Shown here: in pieces, positions 1 through 11,800 of the stretch
Numbering within the stretch: the first letter of the stretch is position 1
How the letters are laid out: every line of letters begins with the position of its first letter
Origin: Marsupella aquatica
Lineage: Eukaryota > Plantae > Marchantiophyta
Length of the DNA stretch: 64,000 bases
Direction of reading: 5' to 3'
NCBI GenBank assembly: GCA_973895155.1
Contig: OZ316898.1
Location: 19,417,292 to 19,481,291, forward strand
Notes under the pieces: generated by a model
The model's input: only the letters and a program-made list of their open reading frames with translations
Told to the model about the DNA's origin: nothing
Databases searched by the model: none
Position numbers and translations under genes: made by a program

Positions 1-95
1 TAACAACCTTAATATAATCAGATTCCATTGGATGTCAAGATAGATACTTAATGTCACAATGGGTGCTCAAACACTTAAGAAAGACCAAAGTGACA

Positions 96-243
96 ACATT
101 GAGTGGTGGAGTAATCTTAGAAATTGATGACTCTATCAAATCTTCATGAAAACTAAAGATATTAGAATGTCTGGAATTATCTTTCTAATAGAGCTCAAGA
201 AGAGCCAATTCAGTTGAACATCAAGGTAGATGTGTAGAGGTTA
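96..243 (+). repeat. Dispersed repeat fragment; second copy inverted at ~54070-54227; probably a decayed TE/LTR piece
   Basis: AGCTCAAGAAGAGCCAATTCAG (192-213) is the exact reverse complement of 54099-54120; the flanks align by eye (ACATTGAGTGGTGGAGT vs ACATTGAGTGATGGAGT). Confidence 0.7.
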
Positions 244-2088
244 ACTCAATCGGGCTTGGAGGAAGAACATGATGACTAATGCTTCCATGGATGTATACAC
301 TGCTAATAAAGTGACATTCCAATGGATGTAACTTGCTATGAATTGAACCATGTGACAACTGAGTAATCATCAGTGTATGATTTCAGCGCTGTACTGATCA
401 TAACTCCCCCACAAGGTACTGTAGGTCAAACTCTGTTGTTCAACTTTTTGGAAACAGGGCCACGTGTTTCAATTTGTGTGTTCATGGTGAAGCACGGTTT
501 TCTATCATTTTGCAGATTGCCACATTTTTCGGTTTTGTTCAGTGTTTGTGAGTGTTGGGGGAGTTTGTTGCGGAGATGATATGATTTGTGCATGGCAGAC
601 ACAACCAATTCCAAGGTTTCATGAGTGCTGGGGAATTGTTTTTCAAAGGGCAACGTCAAGGGCAATTGCTTTATGGCAATTCAACATTTGAAGTTCATCA
701 GGGTTGTCATTCAGCACTGTCACACATTGTAGGTTGTGGAATTGTGTGTGAATAGTCAAACTTTGGAGTAGGACACACTTCTTAAGAAAACAATCTATTA
801 CAACAAAACTAGTTAGTACTATTGTTGAAACTGAAGCCAGGATGGAGCACCATGTTGAACAAAATGCGAGGGTGGACAACATTTTGGTAGTTTGGGCCCA
901 TAACTTGATGATCATGAGTCTTAAAATAATTTGTAATTTGACACCTGCAAAACAACTAGAGAAGAAGGATACTTAAAAAACAGAAACCCCAATATTTCAT
1001 ATATTAGCACAATGAAAATCCATGTAATAGTAATTACCCCTCCGCATTTTATGATGAAACACTCAGCCAAATTGGCCCCAAAATCAATGTTACTTTGATG
1101 GAAGTGTAACCTACCTACTCCTCTAGCATATCTTCAAAAATAATGTCCATAGGGTTTCAAAGACCAATCTTGTGATCCATGAGGGCTTCAAATGATTTAG
1201 GGCTATGGGTCCCTAGAAAGTCATTAATGACTCTCCATACCCGCTGCCCGAAGTATACACAACTGAAAGAGGTTAAAACTAAAAATGCTCTAATGTTATT
1301 GTCCAGCAGGCTCTGGCATATATATAGTGGTAGATCATGCAAGTGCGGAGCGAGAGGTGCTGAGTTTGAATGTTGAGTTTGAATCTTGCTACAAACATCT
1401 TACTTCCAACTACAAGCTAGAGTTGGGGCCTAGGTTTCTAGAGTGAAACCTCTAACTAGACAATAACTCCATGACTAATTTTGTGGATCATGAAAAACTC
1501 ATGATTATGATGTATATCAAATGATAATCATGCATGTTTTTTGTCATAATTTCTATTTGCATTAAAAATTGGGTTCTATGGCCCACCATAAAATCACCAT
1601 ATAGTTTTTACATAGAAAGAGTGATATGCATAGGAAAGAGTATGATATGTTATATATGATTATTAAAATGATGATATGCATAATAATAATTTTTGGTTTC
1701 ATTAACCTTTGAAAAATGTGAATAGAGAATATATTTTGGTGACAGTTCTATTGTCTATCCCTCCATTCATGTTCAAAGAAAGTGTACTCTAGATTAATAC
1801 TTCCTTTTACACAGACACCCCCGTGGATCATACTCCTCTTGTGACACTTTCAAAAATAATAATTCAAATAATCAATTTATGTATTTTGGGCAGCGGACCA
1901 AGGAAAGCCATTTTTTTTGGAACGTCCATTATTGACTTTCCAAGACCTACTGTACTGTACTACTGTAGTCTCCTTGAATTTCAATGCACTATTGTTGGAC
2001 GCTTTTAAATTAATTTTTGTTATCGTTTTGAACTGCGAACCTAATCACTGCAGTTAGAAAAGATTACTTAGTACTAATCAGATTTACC

Positions 2089-2135
2089 CGCGCGCGCGCG
2101 CGCGGTATTTGTATTTTTGAATTCAAACTTCTCGC

Positions 2136-2177
<42 letters not shown>
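2089..2177. repeat. (CG)8 tract, TTTGAATTCAAA palindrome and (CT)19 microsatellite upstream of H2B
   Basis: Read directly: CG x8 at 2089-2104, palindrome at 2116-2127, CT x19 at 2139-2176. Confidence 0.95.
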
Positions 2178-2182
<5 letters not shown>

Positions 2183-2404
2183 AGATCGATTTGCGTGAGT
2201 CGGAGACATTCATTCGTCTCCACATCTCTTCCGCTTTGGGTCCTGTCGATCATTTCTTCCCATCGGAGTGCATTCCTCTTTCGATTGTGTCGAATCGTCG
2301 AATTCATCCCCATTGATCTTTTCATCCTCTGTTCTGGTCTCTAATTCGTCACCTCCCGATTTCGTCCAGGAGCAGAGTGATTCTGTTGGGCATTCCTCTA
2401 CTTT

Positions 2405-2511
2405 GTGCATCGAATTCGGTATCTTCGATTTCGGCGACGTTTTGCGGATCTTACTTGCTTCGTGCATCGAATTCATCATCTTCGATTTCGTCGACGTTTT
2501 GCGGATCTTAC
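2405..2511 (+). repeat. 57-bp tandem duplication in the H2B 5' leader
   Basis: GTGCATCGAATTC..ATCTTCGATTTCG.CGACGTTTTGCGGATCTTAC occurs at 2405 and 2462. Confidence 0.9.
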
Positions 2512-2569
2512 GAGTGTAGTTCGTGGTGAATCCGGATTCGAAGGTCGATCAGAGACCCGTGTTGATAAG

Positions 2570-3007
2570 ATGGCAGCCAAGACTGAATCGGAGAAGACTG
2601 TGAGCAAGGTGGAAGGCGCGACGGGAGCCAAGAAGGGCAGAGGCAGGCCGAAGGCTGTGATGAAGCCCTCTGCTGTGAAGGCTGACGGCACTGCGGTCAA
2701 ACCGAAGAAGAGGGCGAAGAAGAGCCAGGAGTCGTACAAGATTTACATCTACAAGGTGCTGAAGCAGGTTCATCCTGAGTTTGGAGTCTCGTCGAAGGCG
2801 ATGGGCATCATGAACTCTTTCATCGTCGACACTTTTGAGAAGATCGCATCGGAGGCCTCCCGCTTGACCCGCTACAACAAGAAGCCGACTATTGCTGCCA
2901 AAGAGATTCAGACGGCTATTAAGCTCCTTCTCCCTGGTGAACTTGCGAAGCACGCGGTTTCGGAAGGAACCAAGGCAGTAACGAAGTTCAGTTGTGGCTC
3001 TCTTTAG
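2570..3007 (+). CDS. H2B: Histone H2B (divergent variant, 145 aa, intronless)
   Basis: ATG 2570 to TAG 3007; histone fold [58 protein letters not shown]; Lys-rich N-tail; no ATG seen in 2110-2569. Confidence 0.97.
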   Translation: MAAKTESEKTVSKVEGATGAKKGRGRPKAVMKPSAVKADGTAVKPKKRAKKSQESYKIYIYKVLKQVHPEFGVSSKAMGIMNSFIVDTFEKIASEASRLTRYNKKPTIAAKEIQTAIKLLLPGELAKHAVSEGTKAVTKFSCGSL

Positions 3008-4158
3008 TCGTGAGTTCACGCTTCCTTTAGTCGTCGATTTGTTGCTGGTCGCAGCAAGTAGCGGCGCCGTTAGCTCTTAGCCTCCTTAATCCACACGTAC
3101 ACATCTGGTGTACGCTGGTTCACTTCCGTGTACTCTCTCTGAAGAATTGAAACAGCTCGCCTGTTCATGCCTTCCATGTACATTATTATTCTTCATTCGT
3201 ATCATTGCAACTTATCCTTAATGATCATGATCACATGGTGATTTCTATTGTTTGGCACTGTTTGTTTTGGCCCAGCGTCGGCTACTCTGCCTGTAGCTGC
3301 AATCATGAGGATCCTGGTAAGAAACGGTTACGACTTAGACTCCTTACTGTTCTCATGGCGCATTCTAGCTGAACATGTGGATCATTACATTGACCCTCGT
3401 CACTACCTTCAGTCCGAGGGTCAGTTCTCTAATGCAGTACCTCGCCAATAGGATTAATCTTGATCTGGTGTGTTTCTAGCGGAATTTTTCCCCTCACCGT
3501 TAGCTTCACGCACTAGAGATCATGCGACTCGCCAGGTGAGATAGATGAGCAATACCTTGCAATCCCTTGTTGCGAAGAGCTTTTGCATTTTGGATTATCG
3601 TAGGATGACCGCCCCCGGATCGTGTTGCTATTCACATGGGCGTTAGGTAAGGCCAGACGAAATCGAGGGCATCATGGAAGTATATATTTAAAAGTCCCAG
3701 GTTCGATGACGATTTGCTGCGCATATTGCAACATCCGGGATGAGTGTTGCGCACTGGAGGAGACTACTTAAGCCCCGCCGGAGTTACGGGACAACGTCCT
3801 GCACAGTCTATTCACGCATGTTATATTTGCTGTTGGCAGTGGGCCAACTTTTCGTGGCTCTACAGTTCTTCATACCCAGCTCACAACCTTCTTGTGACTT
3901 TGCGCCCATCTATCCACCTTGTCTGGGCAATTCTTAGACGTTGTGGAAAGTGAAGGAAACATGACTCGAACGCATGAGTAGAATTCCCTCCGTACTAGAT
4001 TGAATGTCTTTCAACACAATCATGTCCGCTTTTATCATGTGTTCTCAAAGTGACTACCGGTCGCGACAGCTATAGTTTCACGGAAGCTGATAGGTGGCGA
4101 GAGAGAGTGAATTTTGTCGTGCGGTCGGCATGCAATCTAGTGGAGAGAACATTTTGCG

Positions 4159-5949
4159 ATGGAGACAATTCAGGAGGATGGGGACAACGGCAGCCGAAAC
4201 TGGATAGATTTCTCGTGCTTTTCCAAGACCAGTCAACTGCTGATGGAGGACATCGCGCAAGGTATTGATAGAGAGCTGGGCGACAAACTCTACTCATCCA
4301 GAACGCCTTCGAACGTGGCTCGGTTCATAAGCCCGAAGGGCAATGCGGAAGGCTCCGTCGTCCTGCGGGCTGGCAAAAGCAGATCTAAGGTAATCAATGT
4401 TTTTGTTATGCCCATTGAAGTGACGAGTGCCGCTAACCAGAATGTTCCCGTTATCATAGACCACACTTTGGAATGCAGCATGCATCACTGACTTGGCAGC
4501 TCATCTCGAGAGTACACCTCAGCATCCTAACCACGAGACACTGAGATTGTTATGCAAATTTCGCCGTGGCGGTGATTCGAGTAGCATCTCAAACTGTGCT
4601 TGAACGCCTGATCTTTCGCGGCATCATGGAGTTCGAAATTTCCATGTCCAGTCTGATTTTCTTCGACTGTGCACCTTATTTGCCAAAAACAATCGTTCTT
4701 TCTTTCATGTTAGTGATCTTTAGCTGGATGATCCTTAATCTGCAAATTTCATACAATTTGAAAACTCCATCTAATTCGTTCAGACAATGTCGACGACCAG
4801 TGTCATCACGTGGCCATTCATTGATGGCAATGATCATTTGTTGATGCATAATCGGCAAATCTCATGAAATTTGGAAGTTCCAGCCAGTTCTCCGACACCT
4901 TGGAATAATCTCAGTCGAGAGAAACGTCAAGCGTCTGTCATATTCACTCGATTATCATTCGAGTTGCTGATCATTAGTCTGCAGATCCGCCTTACCCCTA
5001 GCTTACGGATCTGTATTTCTCAACAGCCGCGTGTGTTTCTGAAGACACTGAATAGTCACAAAACCTCGTTCTCAATTTCCTTACAGAATTAATTCATCAC
5101 GGTCCGCGTTAGTCACGCCATGATCTCATCCACTATCCGATCGTCAGATCTGCTCATTCTCAATTTTAGCAATCCTTGCCTTTCCGAAGTTAGGGGTTGA
5201 ATAGATTGCTGCCGATGAGACACATAAAATCAGTCGTCCTTAGTCTCAATTGTCTCCCTTATTCCTATAAACTGTCTGCAGCATTTGTTTGTGGCATTGC
5301 TTGACCATTTGACTGCGTGGATCCTCCTCAGGTCGCGTTCGTGATGGGATCATGGCTGCGGTACGATCTTCCTGCCGGCTCACTCAAAATGGCGACGCTG
5401 TTCGTCATGGTGAGTCCGGAAACGGACGCTCCACACTTTCTGTTCGAGTTCATCGAGAACGGGTCCAACAGCCTCGTCATCCTGGTCGATCTGGTGCCCC
5501 GGAAGGACGTCGTTCTCGACCCCGAGTACCTGAGGCGGTTCTACGAACGCAGAGATCTCGAGCTGGTGCGCAGATCGATTGAGAAGGCTCCGCAATCCGA
5601 AGCCTACTCCTGCTCGTCGCTCTACGTCCGCAGCGTGGTCTCTCCGACGGCCATTCTTTGCAAAATTCATGACCGAGCTCCGTCCGGCCAACGCGGCGAA
5701 GAAGCTCTTGATGCTCCGATGCGAGACATCATCCTGCCGACTGTGCGCAAGGTGTTCATGGCGTGGAACGACTCCTTTCGAAACGGAGGCAAGGAGATCA
5801 TGGACGACGTCGATAGACGCATCATGTCCAAGCGGGACGCTCAGATCAAACGGCACGGCATCGAAGTTGATCTGAGCTCCAACCTGCCGAAGCTGTTCGG
5901 GCAGAAGATCACAGATCGTGTCGTCGCTGCATTTCGAAATGCCCAGTGA
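4159..5949 (+). CDS. RCCR: Red chlorophyll catabolite reductase (RCCR/ACD2 family, ferredoxin-dependent bilin reductase fold); exons 4159-4389, 5332-5949; 282 aa
   Basis: Exon 1 (LLMEDIAQGIDRELG..FISPKGNAEGSVVLRAG) and exon 2 (FVMGSW..APHFLFEFI..SLVILVDLVPRKDVVLDPEYLRRFY..SLYVRSVVSPTA..RD..IEVDLSSNLPKLFG) match RCCR motifs; phase-0 intron AAG|GTAATC..CAG|GTC. An extra upstream exon cannot be excluded. Confidence 0.9.
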
Positions 5950-6849
5950 TTGATGGATTGAAGCTGAGCTGAGCTCATCGTTACCTCTTATCATTCCTCT
6001 CATCCTTCTTCAGGTCACGATCTTCGCTTGCTTTTGTACATTACGGGGTACTTTACAGCTACCACAATTTCTATCTCAGTTAGACCAGCTCAAATCTCCA
6101 TTATATCAAAGCTTTCACTGCGATTGGCATCAATTTTAGCAGCCATTCCTTTGGTAACTTGAGCAAATGAAGTAGCTTAGTCCAGCCTTCCATGCAATCA
6201 GAGACCTTCTTAGATCGACATCAAATTCAGCAGGATCCCATGTCGTGGCTATCTGCGACCGCCTAGATCTTCATAACACTGCAATACTATTGAAGTGGCG
6301 TCAACTTCAGAAGCATCTTTCGAGGTCTACAGTTGTGAAGGACCAGCCCAGATGTCCATGACGTCTAAGATTTGAATCAAATTCAACTGTCTTTCCTGTC
6401 GTAGGTACCATAGCCAAACCCAGCTCTCCACAGCGTGAATGATTTATGAGAACGGCATCAACTTCGGCCACCTTTCCTGTGTACGTTACGATTTTAGTCT
6501 AGGCCAGATTTCTATAACATCAAAGATTTCAATAGATTAGCAACGTTTCCTCATCATAGGTGACACATTGAATTTATGAATGTCTTCAAAGTGAAGACTC
6601 TTGTAGCAGTACTTTTGGGGTATCGGTCTTGACTTCCCATCCCCTTCTATTGAAGTATTTCAAGCTTCTGAGTGGCATATAATCAGTCTAGAGAAGGTAG
6701 GGGCGGATTTTCTCTCGACCCCGCAGACAAGTATTGTCAATGTATAGAGCTTAGATCAGTAATGTAGTGTGGATTTTTATGCAATTTTAGTCCACAACAG
6801 AATTTCAAGTAGAGACGAGGTATGCATAATCAAAAAAGTTCCTTTCGCT

Positions 6850-7082
6850 GTACCATTGAGGGGACCTCCTCAAGTGAATGTCCAGAGCTTCTAGTGGACC
6901 TTGTCAAGTAAATTTGTGGAATGGATAATTGTGCATTTTTGGAAGTATACGTCAGTGCCGCGCAAGTACCATTGAGGGGACCTCTTCAAGTGAATGTCCA
7001 GAGCTTCTAGTGGACCTTGTCAAGTAAATTTGTGGAATGGATAATTGTGCATTTTTGGAAGTATACGTCAGTGCCGCGCAAG
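6850..7082. repeat. ~116-bp near-perfect tandem duplication
   Basis: GTACCATTGAGGGG(G)ACCTC..GTCAGTGCCGCGCAAG starts at 6850 and again at 6966. Confidence 0.95.
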
Positions 7083-8822
7083 CACGTTCGGTTGCTTTCG
7101 CAGTACTGTAGAGTTCAAAGGCCTAGCGCATAGATAGTGGACAAGTCACAAAGGGGATACCCATCACCGCCATGCTCGGAGTGATCGAGCCAGAATGGAG
7201 GCGACGGGAAGATGCTACAGGAACTTTTGTCCCCATGTCCTGCTTTCAGAGAGGAAGCAGTGTGATACAGAAGACTTGGCTATCGTTATTGCAAAAATAG
7301 TTCTTTAGTGTGCACGATCAAGGCAGTTCCTCCGATCATTGCTCAGTAACCATGGCTTGCAAAAGGGGCGACCTCGTCGTGCAGCAATATGCAGTGCTTG
7401 GAGGGACCGGGAATTCACGTACTGGATCATGTGCGAAATCTTCGCGGACGCAACTTGGGTAATTCAATGCGCATTCCTCAGATTGATGCTAAAAAACTGG
7501 GGCACCGAGGAAGCTGGGACCACTCTTGTCAAGCTTCATAAAGAACACGACCATCATGCGAGGAAAACGTGGCATGCATTTGATGGCGCACAAGAAAATT
7601 ACTGTAACTTCTGTGTTGGTTCTAAATTGTAGCGTTCATCGCACGAGTGGAAACTACAAGAGGACCCTTGCTTATTTAGACACACGGCCACACAGAGTTC
7701 AGCAACTGTTGCGATATGGATGTGATCCCCATCTCTGCACAGAACACAACATTGTTTTTCTTGTGTTAGCTCAGAATCCTGATTCATTGAACAGTCGGAA
7801 ACCGCTTGGGATTTGGGCCTTGTACCCTGCACGACCTCTTTGGAACAGTGTGGGTGCCCTCCTTACAGCACCAGCTTGAATCTAATAGAGTTTGGATCAA
7901 TGAAGACTTTTCCATCAATAAAGTAGACAAGTTGATCGTAGAATAGCCATCTTGGCCGGGGCGCTACTTTTCGTAAGAAACTCGAATATTTAGAATAGCT
8001 TGTTTGTGACCTCTTCTACAGTATTTGGAGTAGATGGATCAGTCCCAGAAGTTCCAGAGGTTCAGAGTCACCATGATCCGCCAGACTGACTTTTAAGATG
8101 GACCTTTCATCACGTACATAGTTGGTCCGACTACAAAACCTTTCTATTGGCTCACATTTAGTGGCCTTGAAGATTGCGCAATTTGGCTATCCAGCCATCC
8201 TTAACGGCCCTCTCTTATTTATAACCACCCTCCTCCAGCCTCTTTGGGAGCACGCTCGCTGACGAAAAGACTACACAATCCCACTCATGGCTCACATCTG
8301 GCATTCTTTGACAACCAAGATTCCTGAGAAGAGTCTAAAACTGGGTAGGCCAATATGGCCCCCTCACGGTCCTTGGAGCGGGCCTGTTAAGGTTTATCAA
8401 TATTGACCGCACCTCAGTAGAAGGTACGTACTGCAATGGGGGAGACAACGACACCACTACCTCATCCTAAGACTGACGAGCACAATTTTAACTAAATTCA
8501 CTGACCTTTCTTTCTATAGCGCATCTATAGTAAGGCCAGAGATAGCATTCTCTATGATACAAAATCAAAAGATAACCAAAACTTTTCATCATTGAACACA
8601 AGGACCAAATTTGTAGCAAGCTTTGCCTCTCCCGGTGGCTCGACACCAGTGTCACCACTCACCACCATGGCCCTTGTGCGTGTAGCTCTGAAATTCATCT
8701 TAGCATTCCCTGCCCGACACTCTCTCGGATTCTGGGCAGCGGCTGGTCTCTTAGCAAATACAGTTGGAAAACAAATGAATACGGTGATTCACATACTAAG
8801 GGATCTACCTATTTCTGTAAAG

Positions 8823-11800
8823 TTATTGAGATTTCCAATCGTGGCCCTTCTTTTTCGAGCGTCGTTGACTACTTCGCGGAAAAAGAGCTTGGTCGATGAG
8901 TTTGTCAGCTGTCTCTTCACATGTTGCCTGCAAACAGATTTTGGTAATTAGTGACATGGCGCACAGCTTCCAATTGAGAAGGCTCAGTTGTCGACGTCAA
9001 GCAACATTTGTAAGGTAGACATACGGAGACTGGGAGAGGGCGAGGAGAATCAAACGCCAGCCATGCCGGAAATCCACAGGTCAGCAATAGAAAGAATCCC
9101 CAATGCAGATAAACAAAAAGAAAGAGGAAAGGGATTCTACAAACCCGTCTGCTAAAAGGTATTCGGAGAGTTTGCACTTCGATGCCGCAACGGACTCGTA
9201 GGTCCAACCCAAGACAATCAACGCCAACAACAGACACCTCCTGCACGCACAAATTGCATACCCACATATAAGGGTCATTTCCCATGCTATGCTCCTGGAG
9301 GATAGCGTTTGTCTACAGATGTCACATTGCAATAACTGTCTACATAGACCAGGGCCATAACTAGTATCTTGCAAGACTTTCGGCGTGAAGAGAACTCACC
9401 TCAACATCAAGACCCTTGGCTCGTTGACAAAGAGCCTTCAAGGCAGTTTCTATTTTCTTACCACCACCGTTAACTCGTTCCAAGATGGTTGATGTAAAGT
9501 GTGCTAGAGCATCTGGCTCCGCAAAGGCGAAGTCTTGCACCTCAACGACAGTCTACAGACAACAAGCACAACGATCAGTGACAAAACAACAACACCACAG
9601 ACCTGGATTAACGAAACCGAGTTCTATTAAATCATGGTAGCACATGAAACGATCTTGAACTTCTACCTGTGGTCCGGGGCCAGTGTCCATTTGAATGCTG
9701 ACAATCTCCAATTTGTAGAAAGAAGATCCTATTTCTAATGCCCTTTGGCGTTGCTCTGACCACTCACCAACCACTGCGTCGCCTTCCAGCGTTGCCCCAG
9801 GAGGCAAAACAATCTCAGCAGCCTCCTCTACCTCTAGGGCCTCATCTTTCACATCAGAACTATCCAGAAGTGTACCCCTTTTCATGTTTCTGCGTTTCCT
9901 CTTGCCAAAATCCCTCGACATGATGCCCCCCTCATGACCATCGCCTGCTTCCCTATGACCCTCTCTACCGTTGTCTAAATCTTCTGCGTTACTTCCAGAA
10001 GTACTAGGAAACTCGAGCAGCGAGTTTTCACTCGATGAGATGTCACTTGAACCAAAATGCTTATCGTTCGAGTCTGAAATATTTTCATCCAAAATTCTGT
10101 CAGTTCCGTTAACTGGTTTTCCAGGAACTATTCCATCCTGTGAGAAGCTGGGTATTTCAGATTCCCATATCGTGCCAACCTCTGCATTGCCGTGCACAAC
10201 CCTTCCATTATATTGCAGGGCATTCTTCGATTTGTTTCGAGGTGGCAACCCTCCATTATCATCATGGCTGTGATTCTCTTCCTCTTCATCATCGTCGTCC
10301 CCGTCATCACCACCAGCTAGAAGAAATCTATCAAACCAAATTCCCCGTACGTAAGGCTCCTCTTCTTCAGTAACTGGACGAGCCACGCCTGAGATGGTGA
10401 GGCGCCTTGGCGGCTTATCTATTTCAGATATGTAATCTGCAGATACAGACTGGTTTGAAACATATCACCATGATTAGAAAAACATTGCACTGCATTTATA
10501 GATCAAACCCAACAAACAGCAATGAGGTTGAAACAGCTGTGAGAGTTTGCACGTTTGCCAAGGACGTCATTTCTGCCACGGTCTACAAACAGCTACCAAT
10601 TGCCAACTACGGCCTCCTTGGCTAGTTAGCACAACGGTTGCTTTGCTGGTGCCTAACCATTAGGGGGAGATTTCTAACAGAATAGCAAGCAGTTCTTTTC
10701 TCGACAACGGTTTGGTTCAGTAAGTGGTTCCATAAAGATCAAGTTTGAAGTCATGAACGGTTCACTAATCGTCAAACCTGAAAATTCAAACGCGAAACTC
10801 TGTTGAGAAATCTGAAAGTATCCTTACCTCGGAAACTTTGGATGCGAAGTCCATTGGATGGACTTGGTCCAAAGATTCAAACCCACCCCATCCACCTAAT
10901 GAACTGAAAGATTCTTCGTGAGAATCATCGTCCGACTCATCCATTCCCTCCCAGAACTGCAACATCATCGCATGAAATAAGAACATTTAACAGACCCAGT
11001 CCAGTTTTCAGGGCGGAAGAAAAGTCTTTAATCCACACACTTCTTTTGTTTGAGACACAAATCTATCCTTAAAATGGATTCAACAGTAACAGAAACGCTC
11101 TAAAAGTATCTAAACCTTACAATCTGGACATCCACATCTTCGCCTTCATCCGAAGAATCTTCGGAATCACTCCCCGCTTGTACTTCCTCTGCCTCTGCCT
11201 CTGCCTCAATGACCTCGGAGAATTGTAATCCATCCACAGTACCAAAGCCGACCAATACCTGTTGTATTTCAACAAGGGATAGACTTTAGAATGATCACAG
11301 AGTTACGGGACACTCTGAAAACACTCAGTTATAATAGAGGACAACTCAGTTATCTTCCACATGTATCATCAACGAAAAAAAATTATTCAGACGTCAGGTC
11401 TGATTAGCGCTAGGTTGTCCTACACTTTTAATATTAATTGACTTTCGTGACAGTTTTCAAATGAACAGAAAAAGTGATATGAGTTGCCAATTCCCTACAG
11501 TATAGATCTGGGTCGAAGACAGATTACGCAGAAACTCGTTGTCGTTTTCTATTTCGAAATAGAGATCTGCACAGATATACAAATGAAGTACGTAAAGTTC
11601 ACTTTCAGCGAGTCTTTGCAGTTATCACCAATAGTAAAAACCACGAGCTGTATAACAAAGCGTCGGGACTCTAAACATATGCGTGATTATACCCACCTCC
11701 ATGGTCATCCACAAGATACTGCACTTCGGTTCCAAATACAGCATCCTTATCGGAAACAAGAGTAGAAAATATGAATGCACTCCAATTGACCTGCAAGCGT

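Noticed and set aside
373-945. Short ORFs after a minus-strand acceptor near 944
   Set aside because: CpG-depleted, stop-ridden sequence with no recognisable motif; probably decayed TE DNA.
2549-6003. Long antisense ORFs 2549-3019 and 5380-6003 (also 27134-27631 and 21263-21655)
   Set aside because: Shadow frames of genuine CDSs on the opposite strand.
6000-8800. Possible gene between RCCR and the minus-strand gene (ORFs 7339-7632, 7526-7879)
   Set aside because: No recognisable domain or consistent exon chain.
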